Positions 47,314 through 58,074 of a stretch of 64,000 bases of DNA are shown in pieces. Origin of the DNA: a virus; the IMG/VR virus record IMGVR_UViG_3300027710_000025, positions 7,314-71,313 of that record, one strand, 5' to 3'. Positions within the stretch are counted from its first letter, which is position 1. Each line of letters opens with the position of its first letter. The notes under the pieces were generated by a model. The model was given only the letters and a program-made list of their open reading frames with translations. It was not told the origin of the DNA and did no database searches. A program made the translations under genes and the position numbers.

Positions 47314-47758
47314 TAGAGTATTCAGCAAGTTTGAAACTCTGGCCAAACGTGTGCTACACGATCTCAAAGCCAAAGGGCATATTATCCCAATACAACAAGC
47401 TGACGGATCTATTAAATTTGAAAAATTTCTTGTAACAAAGAACAAAGACGGACTGTATTCTGTGTCTGGCAGCAATATTGTTTACCGAGAAAATCTTAAT
47501 CTCCCACAATCTGCTGCACTAATCGCAAACGATCTAGCATTGGGCAGAATACAAGATACTAAGATTATAGAATTAGACCGAGATTACGGATTTAAGCTGT
47601 TCGAAGAAGAGCTATATCAGCAGGCTAGCAAGCGTAAGAAGATTACACTGGACCAGTCAATTTTTTACGAAACACGATGCAGTATTGCAAAAACACAAAA
47701 AGATGCCCTAAAAACCCGCATCTTAAGATCCTTTAAGAAATTAATTGATATCACATAA
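47297..47758 (+). CDS. hypothetical protein
   Basis: 153 aa. Confidence 0.65.
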   Translation: MKKIPDRVFSKFETLAKRVLHDLKAKGHIIPIQQADGSIKFEKFLVTKNKDGLYSVSGSNIVYRENLNLPQSAALIANDLALGRIQDTKIIELDRDYGFKLFEEELYQQASKRKKITLDQSIFYETRCSIAKTQKDALKTRILRSFKKLIDIT

Positions 47759-47787
47759 ATAATAGATATAACTTTTTTGGAAATGCC

Positions 47788-49353
47788 ATGAAGACAACCG
47801 ATTTTAATCAACACACCAGTTCTCATAAATTGAATGAGAACCTATACAAAAAGTTCGGCGTAAAAGTCGACTTTAACAAGTATAGCAGAGAGCAATTAGA
47901 AGATGCTCGTAATAAAATTCGTACTGAAATTCATCAGTTAGAAGCTAAGAGCAATTTTAATGATCTTTTAACTAATGAAACTTATCAGAAGAACAAACAA
48001 CTAGTGGGACTGCTAAACACTCGCATTAAAGAAATGCTAGGTGAAAGTATTAGAGTTATGGAACGTAAGTTGTCTGGTGTAGAAAAGAAAGTAGCTGAAA
48101 AGTTTGATCCATTGAAGCATGTCAAGAATCCTACTAAAGGTGAGAAGGATGCTGCTAAGGATGTCAAGCGTGGTAGCTATGCAGATCGTGCAGCTATGCT
48201 AAGGTCAGCAGAAGCTGATGGTCGTTTAAAAGACCAAAAAGTTAAAGAAGGCGAAAAAACAGAAGGCAACGCATTTGGTGCAGCAGTTCGTAAAGCCAAG
48301 TCAGACGGTATTCAAAAGGGCGAAAAAGTTAAAGTCGGCGGAAAAGAATACGCAGTTAAAGAAGGCGACAAACAAACAATGAGTCGTGCAGCTAAAGGGC
48401 ACGAAAAATACGGTAAAGACGGCATGGCAGCATTAGCCAAGGCCGGCAAAGAAGGCAAGGATCTTGACAAGATCCGTAATAAGTATGACAAGTATGATGA
48501 AGCAGTTGAGGAAGGTTTCCCAACTGTAGCAGATGCTAAAGCTCGTGCAGAAAAAGAAAAGACTACTGGCAAGTTTGACAAGAAGCAGACTAGCACAGGC
48601 ACAGTCTACACTCGCAAGTCTAATACATTCACTGATGGCGGAGATGACAGCGATGTCAAGAAAGCCAAAAAGTCCGCTAAGGTCAAAGAAGGTTCTAAGA
48701 ATCTTCCAGGCAATCAAGAAAAGATTGATGCCGATCACGATGGTAAGATTGAAAAGAGCGACTTAGCTAAATTACGTGCAGGAAAGAAAAAGATGAAAGA
48801 AAGCCAACATAGAAAAAACGTTAAACTAGTTAACGAAAGTATTCGTAGATTAATCAACGAAGACGAAGAAGGTAAAGCCAAAGCTATTACAGCCGGCACC
48901 GATATGGTCAACGACTTTACCAGTTGGATGACTCGTGTGGGTCAATATCAGACAAAGAGCATGATTGAGTTAGCTGACGCTATCCGTGCTAACATGGGTC
49001 AAGAGCAAGCTGAAACATTTAAGGGTGCAGTTGCTCCTGCTTTAGAAACAGCTCTAAACACATTAACACAAGCACGTGAGCAACTAAGCAATGCAGTTGC
49101 TGTGTTAGCAGGCGAGTCAAGCCCAATGGATACAATGGGTGCAGAGATGGGTGGCGACATGGGCGGTGCAGAAGCTGGCATGGACAGTATGAATGCAGGT
49201 AACGAAGAAGTTCCAATGGATGACGAATTCGGTGCAGCAGATGCAGCATCGGGTGGTGCAGAAATGGCCGGCCGTGAAATGCGTGAAAGCCGCAGATTGT
49301 TTGCTGCCAAACTAAACGAAGCACACAGCATCATTGCAAGACTATCTAAATGA
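47788..49353 (+). CDS. putative prohead core/internal protein
   Basis: highly charged, many (L/V/I/M)xE-(G/S) sites, EF-hand-like DADHDGKIEKSD; upstream TAAATA. Confidence 0.6.
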   Translation: MKTTDFNQHTSSHKLNENLYKKFGVKVDFNKYSREQLEDARNKIRTEIHQLEAKSNFNDLLTNETYQKNKQLVGLLNTRIKEMLGESIRVMERKLSGVEKKVAEKFDPLKHVKNPTKGEKDAAKDVKRGSYADRAAMLRSAEADGRLKDQKVKEGEKTEGNAFGAAVRKAKSDGIQKGEKVKVGGKEYAVKEGDKQTMSRAAKGHEKYGKDGMAALAKAGKEGKDLDKIRNKYDKYDEAVEEGFPTVADAKARAEKEKTTGKFDKKQTSTGTVYTRKSNTFTDGGDDSDVKKAKKSAKVKEGSKNLPGNQEKIDADHDGKIEKSDLAKLRAGKKKMKESQHRKNVKLVNESIRRLINEDEEGKAKAITAGTDMVNDFTSWMTRVGQYQTKSMIELADAIRANMGQEQAETFKGAVAPALETALNTLTQAREQLSNAVAVLAGESSPMDTMGAEMGGDMGGAEAGMDSMNAGNEEVPMDDEFGAADAASGGAEMAGREMRESRRLFAAKLNEAHSIIARLSK

Positions 49354-49715
49354 GATTGTTTGAAGTTGCGGACTCGTTTGCTAGTGATCTAGAAATGGTC
49401 TTAAGGAATCAAATGGGGCGTAGTGATTCAAAGAATTCTACGCTTAAACTCACTTGGCCTGCTTTGTCAAACATGATGAAGAACATGGGTTACGGTGAAA
49501 TTGATTCAAAAGGATTCCAGAAAATATTCGACGGTAATCCTTCGCTACAGGCCATTGTTCGCAACTTTAATGATACTGGAATCATTGTGTCGACTAAAGT
49601 CGACAATCCAGATGCTGAAGCCCAAGGTGGCGAAACGCCTGAACCAGGTGGCCAGACAGTTGATCAAATGGCCAGCTCCGCAGCCAATCAATTCCTTAAC
49701 AGTCCGCTTTCTTAA
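49350..49715 (+). CDS. hypothetical late protein
   Basis: starts MRLFEV. Confidence 0.7.
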   Translation: MRLFEVADSFASDLEMVLRNQMGRSDSKNSTLKLTWPALSNMMKNMGYGEIDSKGFQKIFDGNPSLQAIVRNFNDTGIIVSTKVDNPDAEAQGGETPEPGGQTVDQMASSAANQFLNSPLS

Positions 49716-50244
49716 TCAACAGGCTGTCTAGTACAGTTTGATAATCATGATCGAGCCATTGGTAAGAAAAGAATTTTCTAATTTTTAATTTAGGCTTATG
49801 AACACTGTGCGGTCTACTTACATTTAATAAGTAGGCCGTATTTTTTTCTGCACTAAATCTACAACGTTCAGTAAGCTGGTCTAAGTGAAAGACGTTTTCC
49901 CCTTGTTCTTTAATGTTGCTTAGATGTTGCGTCTTGTCTGTTTCGTCGAAGAACACAGTAGAAGACTCGTCCGTTTGAAAATACCAATTCAAGTTGCAGC
50001 CTACTCCTAAATCTTTATGAGGTTGTAAATACCCTCTCCCAACAATTTCAGAATAGAATACTCGAGTAGGCGGTATACTCGATATTGGAGTTGAGTGTAG
50101 ACTTTTAAATAATTCTATGTTATTAATTTTGTAAAGAAAAATAATAACATCTGGATAGCCATATTGGAATGCTAGCGGTCCTTTTAATTGCTCGTAGTCG
50201 AATGGTTTGAGTTCAAACTCGAATTTTTGAAAATAGTCTTGCAT
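49696..50244 (-). CDS. cupin/2OG-Fe(II) oxygenase-like protein
   Basis: PHKD..LLNVSRPHSV..R; ATG 7 nt after TATAAATA. Confidence 0.6.
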   Translation of the reverse strand: MQDYFQKFEFELKPFDYEQLKGPLAFQYGYPDVIIFLYKINNIELFKSLHSTPISSIPPTRVFYSEIVGRGYLQPHKDLGVGCNLNWYFQTDESSTVFFDETDKTQHLSNIKEQGENVFHLDQLTERCRFSAEKNTAYLLNVSRPHSVHKPKLKIRKFFSYQWLDHDYQTVLDSLLIKKADC

Positions 50245-50304
50245 TGGCAAATATTTATAGTCCTTTATTTGCGTTATGATAAAAACTGTTGTATAATTAA
50301 TACT

Positions 50305-51003
50305 ATGATTTATACTCCACCACCTTTTGTAGAACACGTACAATATAAACCTTGCCAACAAATAAATGACCCTGTAACCCGTAAGAGAGTTTACCTAACA
50401 CCTGACGGAGAAAAAACACCAAGTGTTACAACGATCCTTAGTGCTACTAAAGATCAAACGCATTTAATTGAATGGCGTAAGAGAGTTGGTGAAGAAAATG
50501 CTGCACAGATAACTAAAGAAGCTTCTGGGATCGGTACAGCTATGCATAATAACTTAGAAAGATTCCTTGCTGGACTAGAGCGTCAGCCGGGCAACAATCT
50601 GGTGCATGTACAGGCCAATAAGATGGCCAATGTTATCATTGAGCAGGGATTAAAAGATGTTAACGAAGTTTGGGCAATGGAGCAGAGTCTGTACTTCCCG
50701 GGACTATATTCGGGTACTACTGACCTAGTAGCAGTGTACAAAGGTAATCCTAGTGTATGTGACTATAAACAGACTAACAAACCTAAGAAAGCAGAATGGG
50801 TTGAAGATTACTTCTTGCAGCTAATGGCTTATATTTTAGCACATAACGAAGTCTATGGGACAGACATTCGTGAAGGGCATGTATTCATGTGCAGTCGCGA
50901 TCTACAATATCAACAATTCGATCTAACACCAGATAACTTTAACAAATACCAAGACATGTGGCTAGCTAAAGTTGAAGACTACTACGTTAATTACTACAAG
51001 TGA
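50305..51003 (+). CDS. PD-(D/E)XK exonuclease
   Basis: PSVTTIL, GTAMH, E, GTTD, DYK, QL.AY; promoter TTGCGT-17-TATAAT at 50269-50297. Confidence 0.88.
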   Translation: MIYTPPPFVEHVQYKPCQQINDPVTRKRVYLTPDGEKTPSVTTILSATKDQTHLIEWRKRVGEENAAQITKEASGIGTAMHNNLERFLAGLERQPGNNLVHVQANKMANVIIEQGLKDVNEVWAMEQSLYFPGLYSGTTDLVAVYKGNPSVCDYKQTNKPKKAEWVEDYFLQLMAYILAHNEVYGTDIREGHVFMCSRDLQYQQFDLTPDNFNKYQDMWLAKVEDYYVNYYK

Positions 51004-51725
51004 AAGCCGAAGACATCGTCTATACTCCGTTAGATTTACCCTGTTGTCCAGAAATTGATCTAGACAGGCTAACGGCATGGATGACACAGGTATACCCGCA
51101 GAAACATCTACTGCAACAAACTGGAAACTATCTCATTGCAGGTATTAATGAAAAAGATGTATTCCCTTGGGAAGTAGTATGGGCAAAAGCATTAGATTGG
51201 CAGTCTAATTTTGATAAAGAATTTCCTGAGTTAGTAAATTATATTGTTAACGATTGGGGCATCCCTGAAAACGAAATAGTTGCAATGACACTGTTACCTA
51301 AACGTGCAAGTGCTGTGTCAAAGGAGTTTTGGCACAGCGATCTTGATAAGCTAGGACTACGCTTCTATATAAGTTTTGAAAATAGAGAACAGGACAAGTT
51401 GTTGTTCAAAAAGACATTAAGCAGCGAATGCAAAGAAGAAAATCTATTTAGAACATTTCAAACAGATGCAGGTCTTGAACATACTGTACATACTGCACAT
51501 ATACTAGGCGATCGTCAACCTTATTATTTGAATAACTATCTAGCAGCACACAACGTAAAGAATACCAGTGCTGATAGACGAATAGCTGTGATTGTTGCAA
51601 CTTCCTACGAAGTTAACCAACAGAGCAAATTAAAATCTAAAATAAATGATTTAATAGTAGCAAGTGCTCAAAAATATCACCAGCAGGCTATATTTTGGCA
51701 TGACTGGTCTGATGCAATTTCTTGA
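51000..51725 (+). CDS. cupin/2OG-oxygenase-like hypothetical protein
   Basis: WHSD..LNN..AHNV..RI. Confidence 0.45.
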   Translation: MKAEDIVYTPLDLPCCPEIDLDRLTAWMTQVYPQKHLLQQTGNYLIAGINEKDVFPWEVVWAKALDWQSNFDKEFPELVNYIVNDWGIPENEIVAMTLLPKRASAVSKEFWHSDLDKLGLRFYISFENREQDKLLFKKTLSSECKEENLFRTFQTDAGLEHTVHTAHILGDRQPYYLNNYLAAHNVKNTSADRRIAVIVATSYEVNQQSKLKSKINDLIVASAQKYHQQAIFWHDWSDAIS

Positions 51726-52153
51726 CCATTAAGCCACATTCTTTTTACTTTGGCAAAGTCTAATTCAGTATCTGTACTGTCACATACTCGAAGTTGATCA
51801 GTAGTCCAATCCATAATATCAGTACAGGTTAACAGTTGAGCAGACATTGCTCTGTACTCGTTGCTGAATATAACTTTTTCTAAAAACTCATATATGTCAG
51901 TAGATCCTACACATACAAAACCTTCAAGAGATTGATCATTTTCCACAAAAAATGTCATGGGATAGACATCGTTTTCGTCAAAATTTGTCAAAATTCTATA
52001 TCTAACCTGCTGACTAACTGTCAAGTAGTTACGCAGTAGCTCTTGCTCATTGTCAGTTAAAGATAGTTCTAAAAATTTAGTAGGATTGCTAAAATAGCTA
52101 GAATCTACCCTAGGGCTAAAGTTGATGCGTCTTATAAAGTAAAACATTATCAT
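51677..52153 (-). CDS. hypothetical protein
   Basis: 158 aa, TAAATA immediately upstream. Confidence 0.55.
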   Translation of the reverse strand: MIMFYFIRRINFSPRVDSSYFSNPTKFLELSLTDNEQELLRNYLTVSQQVRYRILTNFDENDVYPMTFFVENDQSLEGFVCVGSTDIYEFLEKVIFSNEYRAMSAQLLTCTDIMDWTTDQLRVCDSTDTELDFAKVKRMWLNGQEIASDQSCQNIACW

Positions 52154-52221
52154 AGTATTTATTTCCCAGGGTAGTCAAACCTAAACGACATGATAAATAC
52201 CCTTATACTAGGAATGTTACC

Positions 52222-53853
52222 ATGGCTGTTATTCAGATTTCAAAAATTCAATTACGTAGAGGGCAGACTGCTGAGCAGGGCATGCCTCAGCTAGCCAGCG
52301 GAGAAATGGGCTGGTCAGTTGACGAGCAGCGACTATTCATTGGCAACGGCAGTGTTGCAGAAGGTGCTCCTGCGGTAGGCAATACAGAAGTTCTTACTGA
52401 AGCAAGAATGTTTGATTTATTGAGCACGGGCAAGTTTACAGCAACTAACTATACCTATGTTGGCCACACTATTACTGCAACTATCACAGGAGTTTTAGGG
52501 GCAAACTTTCCAGTAGTGCGTACACTGCAAGAAAAACTAGACGACTCTGTTAGTATGTTTGATTTTGGCGTAGCAGATAAAACTGACTGCACAGCCAAGT
52601 TCCAAAAAGCAATTGATGAAATTTATTTAAGGTCCTTTGATAAGACATTACCGAAGAGTCGTGTTCCTGTTAATGTTCCTGCAGGTACTTACTATGTAAC
52701 CGGTACAGTGTATTTGCCACCGTATGTAACTCTAGTAGGTGCAGGTATTGATAAGACTGTGATTCGTTCCATCGGTACAGGTAACACAACTATTTTTGAA
52801 ACTATCGGCGGCGACAGTACTCCAAGTGTGCGAGTCACGGGAACAAATATTGTTTCTCCTAACAATCCAAGACAAATTAAAATTTCTGGAATGACCTTGG
52901 AACATACTGGCACAATGTTGACTACTCAGACAACTCCTATGATTGTGTTAAACTATGCAGCAGACACAACAATCTCTGATATTAAATTCTTAGGTACATA
53001 TGTATCTGGTGCTACTGCAACCACAGTTAATTCTGCGATCGAGTTAGGATATCTCAGCAAAGACTTAACTATCGAACACTGCCATTTTGAAGATTTATCT
53101 TACCCTGTTATTTCTAATTGGAATGTGAGCGATGTTAAGATCGTGAACAATACTTTTGATACCTTGTATCAAGGTATCACACTGTCCAATGCATTAACAA
53201 CATCCAGTGGAAGGAACATTGGACCGATTCGTGTAGATATTCAAGAAAACAAATTTATCAACATTGAACGTCAAGGTATCTTTGTAGGTGCAAACACTTC
53301 AACCAACAATCAGATCAACAGTGAAAATAATCACTTTATTAATGTTGGTAACAACGGCAACGGAGATGCTGACCCTGCACACCCAATCATTACTTTTGCC
53401 AGCCATGGCAATAGTTCAACCAATGACAACTTTGAGCGTCTATGGTACATGCAGACCACAGTATTAGACACTCCTCAATACGAGATCATTGAAGGTACTG
53501 CCCAGGTCAGATTAAAGTTCACAGACAGACAACCTTTACCAGAAAGCACCAGTACTCAAACTTTATTGAAGATACCTTACAATTCCACAGTTACCAGTGT
53601 GACTATTGATTACACTTTGGAAAAAGCTGGATTGGCAAGAAAAGGCACATTAAGCGTAGTGGCCAGTGATGTGGGCGTTTCTTATAAAGACTCATATGCT
53701 GTAGCGGGCAGCAGTGACGGCGATGTGGTATTCTCCGCTGCCTTTTTGGATCACGGACCGGTTGATCGCAACGATACATTGACTGTACAATATACTAATC
53801 CTGTTGCTGCTGGCACAGGTACTGTAATTTTTAACGTAGCGTATTACCGATAA
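52222..53853 (+). CDS. virion protein with Mtd_N-like N-terminus and pectate-lyase-like beta-helix
   Basis: IQLRRG..LASGEMGW; V.DFG..D.T..FQKAID..VPAGTY..GAG. Confidence 0.75.
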   Translation: MAVIQISKIQLRRGQTAEQGMPQLASGEMGWSVDEQRLFIGNGSVAEGAPAVGNTEVLTEARMFDLLSTGKFTATNYTYVGHTITATITGVLGANFPVVRTLQEKLDDSVSMFDFGVADKTDCTAKFQKAIDEIYLRSFDKTLPKSRVPVNVPAGTYYVTGTVYLPPYVTLVGAGIDKTVIRSIGTGNTTIFETIGGDSTPSVRVTGTNIVSPNNPRQIKISGMTLEHTGTMLTTQTTPMIVLNYAADTTISDIKFLGTYVSGATATTVNSAIELGYLSKDLTIEHCHFEDLSYPVISNWNVSDVKIVNNTFDTLYQGITLSNALTTSSGRNIGPIRVDIQENKFINIERQGIFVGANTSTNNQINSENNHFINVGNNGNGDADPAHPIITFASHGNSSTNDNFERLWYMQTTVLDTPQYEIIEGTAQVRLKFTDRQPLPESTSTQTLLKIPYNSTVTSVTIDYTLEKAGLARKGTLSVVASDVGVSYKDSYAVAGSSDGDVVFSAAFLDHGPVDRNDTLTVQYTNPVAAGTGTVIFNVAYYR

Positions 53854-53856
53854 TTT

Positions 53857-54291
53857 ATGTTCAACCTATCTCCGGATGAGAGATTGAGTGCCTGGGCCGA
53901 TCACAGGCACAGTCTCGACTCTTCAGAAAATCCCTTAGAAACACTAATTGAGTTTTGGGATCACCCTCCATATGTTCCTTTCAATAGGAATGTAGATCCG
54001 TATAATCAACGTAGCTGGCCTACTCCTTGGGAAATCCTTATTGAAAACAAATATGACGATTTTACCAAAGTATTAATGATAGCCTGGACATTAAAGTTAA
54101 CTGCCACGTTTAAAGACAGCAAGATAGAGATAAAAACATATACAGATGCACACAGATCCAGGCAGTACAATCTAGTGTTCATCAATGATGAGTTTGTTAT
54201 TAACTACACAGATAATGGTATAAACACACCTAGCGACATCCCCGAGTCATTTCAACTAGAAAATCTAATTGAAGTACAGAGGCCTAGGTAA
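53857..54291 (+). CDS. hypothetical protein
   Basis: WPTPWEIL motif, 144 aa. Confidence 0.7.
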   Translation: MFNLSPDERLSAWADHRHSLDSSENPLETLIEFWDHPPYVPFNRNVDPYNQRSWPTPWEILIENKYDDFTKVLMIAWTLKLTATFKDSKIEIKTYTDAHRSRQYNLVFINDEFVINYTDNGINTPSDIPESFQLENLIEVQRPR

Positions 54292-54358
54292 ATATCACTC
54301 TAAGTAGAAAAAAGAAAAGCGGGCTCTCGGGCCACAAAATAAAAACAACAGGTGGACA

Positions 54359-56704
54359 ATGACTATTCAAGTAGTTAAACGTAGTGGACAGCGAGTTCCA
54401 CTAGATATTTCAAAAATACAAAGACAAGTAGCATTTAGCTGCCACGGAATAGATGGTGTAAGTCCGTCTATGATCGAGATCAAAGCACAATTAGAATTCC
54501 ACGATGGCATGACCACCAATACAATTGACGAATTGCTGTTAAAGGCAATGGTTGATCTAATTGATGAATCTGAGAATCCGGAAATAAATCATACCAACTA
54601 TCAATACGTAGCAGGACGCCAGCGTCTAAGTATGTTGCGTAAAGAAGTATACGGTGATTACGAGCCACCTAAATTATTCAACATCGTTAAGAAGAATGTT
54701 GAGTTAGGCATGTACACTAGCGAACTGCTAGATTGGTACACAGAAGACGAATGGAACATTATTGATCTATTCATTGACCATGCAAAAGACGAACAGTACA
54801 CATTTGCTGCCATTGCACAGTTAGCTGAAAAGTATCTAGTACAGAATCGTGCCACTAACACAATATACGAAACGCCACAAGTACGTTATGCAGTTGCCGC
54901 CGCCACAGCATTCCATTCCGAACCTAAAGATGTTAGACTAAAGTGGGTAAAAGAATACTACGAATGTGCCAGGGACGGCCACTTTACGCTAGCCACACCT
55001 GTTCTCGCCGGTCTAGGCACAACCACTAAACAGTTTAGTAGTTGTGTTCTTATCAGCACTGACGATACACTGGACAGTATCTTCGCATCAGGCGAAATGA
55101 TGGCCAAATATGCTTCAAAACGAGCCGGTATTGGTCTCGAAATTGGCAGAATCAGACCGTTAGGTGCTCCTATTCGCAACGGTGAGATCAAGCATACTGG
55201 AATGATTCCTTTCTTGAAGAAATGGTTCGCAGATTTACGTTCATGCTCACAAGGCGGTATCCGCAATGCCAGTTGCACAGTGACATATCCTATTTGGCAC
55301 GCTCAGTTTGAAGATCTTATTGTACTAAAGAATAATCAAGGTACTGAAGAAAATCGTGTGCGTCAAATGGATTACTCAGTTGTAGTTAACAAGATGTTTT
55401 GGAATCGCTACAAGCACAACGAAAACATTACATTCTTTGATCCTAACGAAGTTCCTGACCTACATCGAGCATTTTATCGCGACTCTACAGAGTTTGAGAA
55501 GTTATACTTACAGTATGAACAAGATAAGACAAAAAAGAAAAAAGTCCTACCCGCCGCAGAAGTGTTTAAAAACGGCATACTTAAAGAGCGTACGGATACT
55601 GGAAGAATCTACTTTGTCAACATTGACAACGTCATCAACCAAGGCCCGTTCGATACAACTCTTGACCCGATATATCAATCAAATCTCTGCCAAGAAATTC
55701 TCTTGCCCACCCGACCTTTTCAACGCATTGAAGACCCGGAGGGCAGAATTGCTCTTTGCACTCTTGGATCAATAAACTGGGGTGCATTCCGTAACCCGCA
55801 AGATATGCGTAAGGCCTGCAGGGTATTGGTACGTAGTCTAAGCAACTTACTAAACTATCAAGACTTCCTAAGTATTCAAAGCAAGTTAGCCAACACAGAC
55901 TTTGAACCATTAGGTGTTGGTATTACTAACTTAGCCTACTGGCATGCCAAGCGTAGTTTCAAATATGGTGAAGCTGAAGCACTAGCAGAAGTCAAACGTT
56001 GGATGGAACATCAAGCATACTATCTTACTGAAACAAGTGTCGAGCTTGCCCAAGAGCGTGGGCCATGCGGACGTAGTCAGCACACTTATTACGGTAAGGG
56101 AGTGTTTCCTTGGGAACGTAGAAATCCGGGAGTTAACGAACTAACAGACTTTACTCCCAGTATGGATTGGGAGCCGTTACGTGAACGTATGAAAAAATAT
56201 GGTATTCGTAATGCTACCTTGATGGCCGTGGCACCGGTTGAGTCCAGCTCAGTTGTGTTAAACTCCACCAACGGAATTGAAATGCCGATGGAATTGATTT
56301 CTGTAAAGGAATCGAAAGCTGGATCGTTTGTACAGGTCGTGCCAGAGTACAGACGTTTAAAGAATCGTTATCAGATGATGTGGGAACAGACCGACTGTGT
56401 TGATTACCTGAAGACAGCCGCAGTATTAGCAGCTTACATTGATCAATCATTGAGCACTAACACATTCTATAATCCAGCACACTTTGCTAACGGTAAAGTT
56501 CCTGCTACATTGATTGCTAAGAACTTGATGCTTGCATACAAGTGGGGCATTAAGACCATTTATTATAGTCTAATTAATAAGGTAGGTGCCAAGACTAACG
56601 TCACTGCAACTACACAGGTTAATGGTATAAACGGATTTGCAATTAATGCAGCAGACAATGTTATCATTTATGATGACGCCGATTGCGAGGCATGCAAGCT
56701 ATAA
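54359..56704 (+). CDS. nrdA: class Ia ribonucleotide reductase alpha subunit with ATP cone
   Basis: VVKRSG, FSSC, SNLCQEI, KTIYY, C-terminal CEAC. Confidence 0.97.
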   Translation: MTIQVVKRSGQRVPLDISKIQRQVAFSCHGIDGVSPSMIEIKAQLEFHDGMTTNTIDELLLKAMVDLIDESENPEINHTNYQYVAGRQRLSMLRKEVYGDYEPPKLFNIVKKNVELGMYTSELLDWYTEDEWNIIDLFIDHAKDEQYTFAAIAQLAEKYLVQNRATNTIYETPQVRYAVAAATAFHSEPKDVRLKWVKEYYECARDGHFTLATPVLAGLGTTTKQFSSCVLISTDDTLDSIFASGEMMAKYASKRAGIGLEIGRIRPLGAPIRNGEIKHTGMIPFLKKWFADLRSCSQGGIRNASCTVTYPIWHAQFEDLIVLKNNQGTEENRVRQMDYSVVVNKMFWNRYKHNENITFFDPNEVPDLHRAFYRDSTEFEKLYLQYEQDKTKKKKVLPAAEVFKNGILKERTDTGRIYFVNIDNVINQGPFDTTLDPIYQSNLCQEILLPTRPFQRIEDPEGRIALCTLGSINWGAFRNPQDMRKACRVLVRSLSNLLNYQDFLSIQSKLANTDFEPLGVGITNLAYWHAKRSFKYGEAEALAEVKRWMEHQAYYLTETSVELAQERGPCGRSQHTYYGKGVFPWERRNPGVNELTDFTPSMDWEPLRERMKKYGIRNATLMAVAPVESSSVVLNSTNGIEMPMELISVKESKAGSFVQVVPEYRRLKNRYQMMWEQTDCVDYLKTAAVLAAYIDQSLSTNTFYNPAHFANGKVPATLIAKNLMLAYKWGIKTIYYSLINKVGAKTNVTATTQVNGINGFAINAADNVIIYDDADCEACKL

Positions 56705-57033
56705 TGGATCAAGTAACTATATCAGAATCAGCTGTTGTTAAAATTACAGACCTATTAGCAGAGGAGAATAATCCTAAGTTGAAACTTAGGACATTTGTTC
56801 AAGGCGGAGGCTGTTCTGGATTCCAGTATGGATTTACATTTGATGAAGAACAACACGAAGACGATTTTGTTGTAGAGAAACAAGGTGTAAAGATATTAAT
56901 CGATGCAATGAGTATGCAGTATCTTAGTGGTGCTGTAATTGATTACAAAGAAGATTTACACGGTAGTCAATTTAGTATTCAAAATCCCAATGCACAATCT
57001 ACATGTGGTTGTGGCAGTAGTTTTTCAGTATAA
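56704..57033 (+). CDS. erpA: A-type Fe-S insertion protein ErpA
   Basis: [17 protein letters not shown]...CGCGSSF. Confidence 0.92.
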   Translation: MDQVTISESAVVKITDLLAEENNPKLKLRTFVQGGGCSGFQYGFTFDEEQHEDDFVVEKQGVKILIDAMSMQYLSGAVIDYKEDLHGSQFSIQNPNAQSTCGCGSSFSV

Positions 57034-57042
57034 GGATACAAT

Positions 57043-57417
57043 ATGGCATACTCGGACAAAGTAATCGATCATTACGAGAATCCTCGAAATGTGGGTAAGT
57101 TTGAAATTGACGACACAGTTGGCACCGGCATGGTCGGAGCACCGGCCTGCGGCGATGTGATGAAGTTACAGATAAAGGTAGACTCAGATGGTATTATTAG
57201 AGATGCTCGTTTTAAGACATATGGATGCGGTTCAGCAATCGCCAGTTCGTCGTTGGTTACAGAGTGGGTTAAGGGTATGCATATTGATGATGCTGTTAAC
57301 CTTAAAAATTCCCAAATCGCCGAAGAACTAGCCCTACCTCCAGTTAAGATACATTGTAGTATTCTAGCAGAGGATGCTATCAAAGCCGCAGTAGAAGATT
57401 ATAGAAAGAAACATTAA
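57043..57417 (+). CDS. iscU: Fe-S scaffold IscU
   Basis: DHYENPRNVG, GAPACGD, GCGSA, LPPVKIHC. Confidence 0.96.
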   Translation: MAYSDKVIDHYENPRNVGKFEIDDTVGTGMVGAPACGDVMKLQIKVDSDGIIRDARFKTYGCGSAIASSSLVTEWVKGMHIDDAVNLKNSQIAEELALPPVKIHCSILAEDAIKAAVEDYRKKH

Positions 57418-58073
57418 TGTTAGAAACAATATGTGACATAATGGTTGACGCTTACAAGCGTAACTGGATTACTAGTCGTGATGGTAATGTCTCAATACGT
57501 CATCATGACCGTGACCATTTTTATATTACACCAAGTGGTGTACGAAAGCAAACACTGCAACCTGATCAGTTTAAAAAGATCAGTATTGATAAAAGTATTC
57601 ATAGTGGTTATGGTAGTGCTGCTTTTAACTATAGTTGGAGAGACTTACCGTACTCGGACATAAGTAAGAATCTAGTACCTAGTGGAGAGATTTCATTACA
57701 CTTCGGACTACAGAAAGAAATGGGACAACACAAGGATGATGTTCGTGTAGTAGTTCATGTGCATCCTACGTATTGTATTGCTGCCATGCATGCCGGAATT
57801 GATTTGAGTACAGTCAGTGCAGCATTTCCAGAACTTAATCGCTACACCAAAGTAGCACCTAATGTAGGAGACGTACCTCCTATCAGTCAAGAGCTTGCTG
57901 ACCAGTGCCACAAACAGTTACAATTAGATCGTGATGGAAACATTGCCTATGACATTGTAGGTATTAAAGGACATGGAGTAGTAGCTATTGACACAAGCCC
58001 GTGGCGTGCATACGAACACATTGAGAGACTAGAACATATTTGCAAGATCGTACTTGCATCAGGAAATTATTAA
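57417..58073 (+). CDS. class II aldolase/adducin family protein
   Basis: GNVS, ITPSG, PSGE..H, VHVHP, GHG. Confidence 0.88.
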   Translation: MLETICDIMVDAYKRNWITSRDGNVSIRHHDRDHFYITPSGVRKQTLQPDQFKKISIDKSIHSGYGSAAFNYSWRDLPYSDISKNLVPSGEISLHFGLQKEMGQHKDDVRVVVHVHPTYCIAAMHAGIDLSTVSAAFPELNRYTKVAPNVGDVPPISQELADQCHKQLQLDRDGNIAYDIVGIKGHGVVAIDTSPWRAYEHIERLEHICKIVLASGNY

Positions 58074-58074
58074 A

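Noticed and set aside
32967-53853. Diversity-generating retroelement suggested by the Mtd_N domains
   Set aside because: Mtd_N is only an anchoring domain; no reverse transcriptase or TR/VR pair differing at adenines was seen
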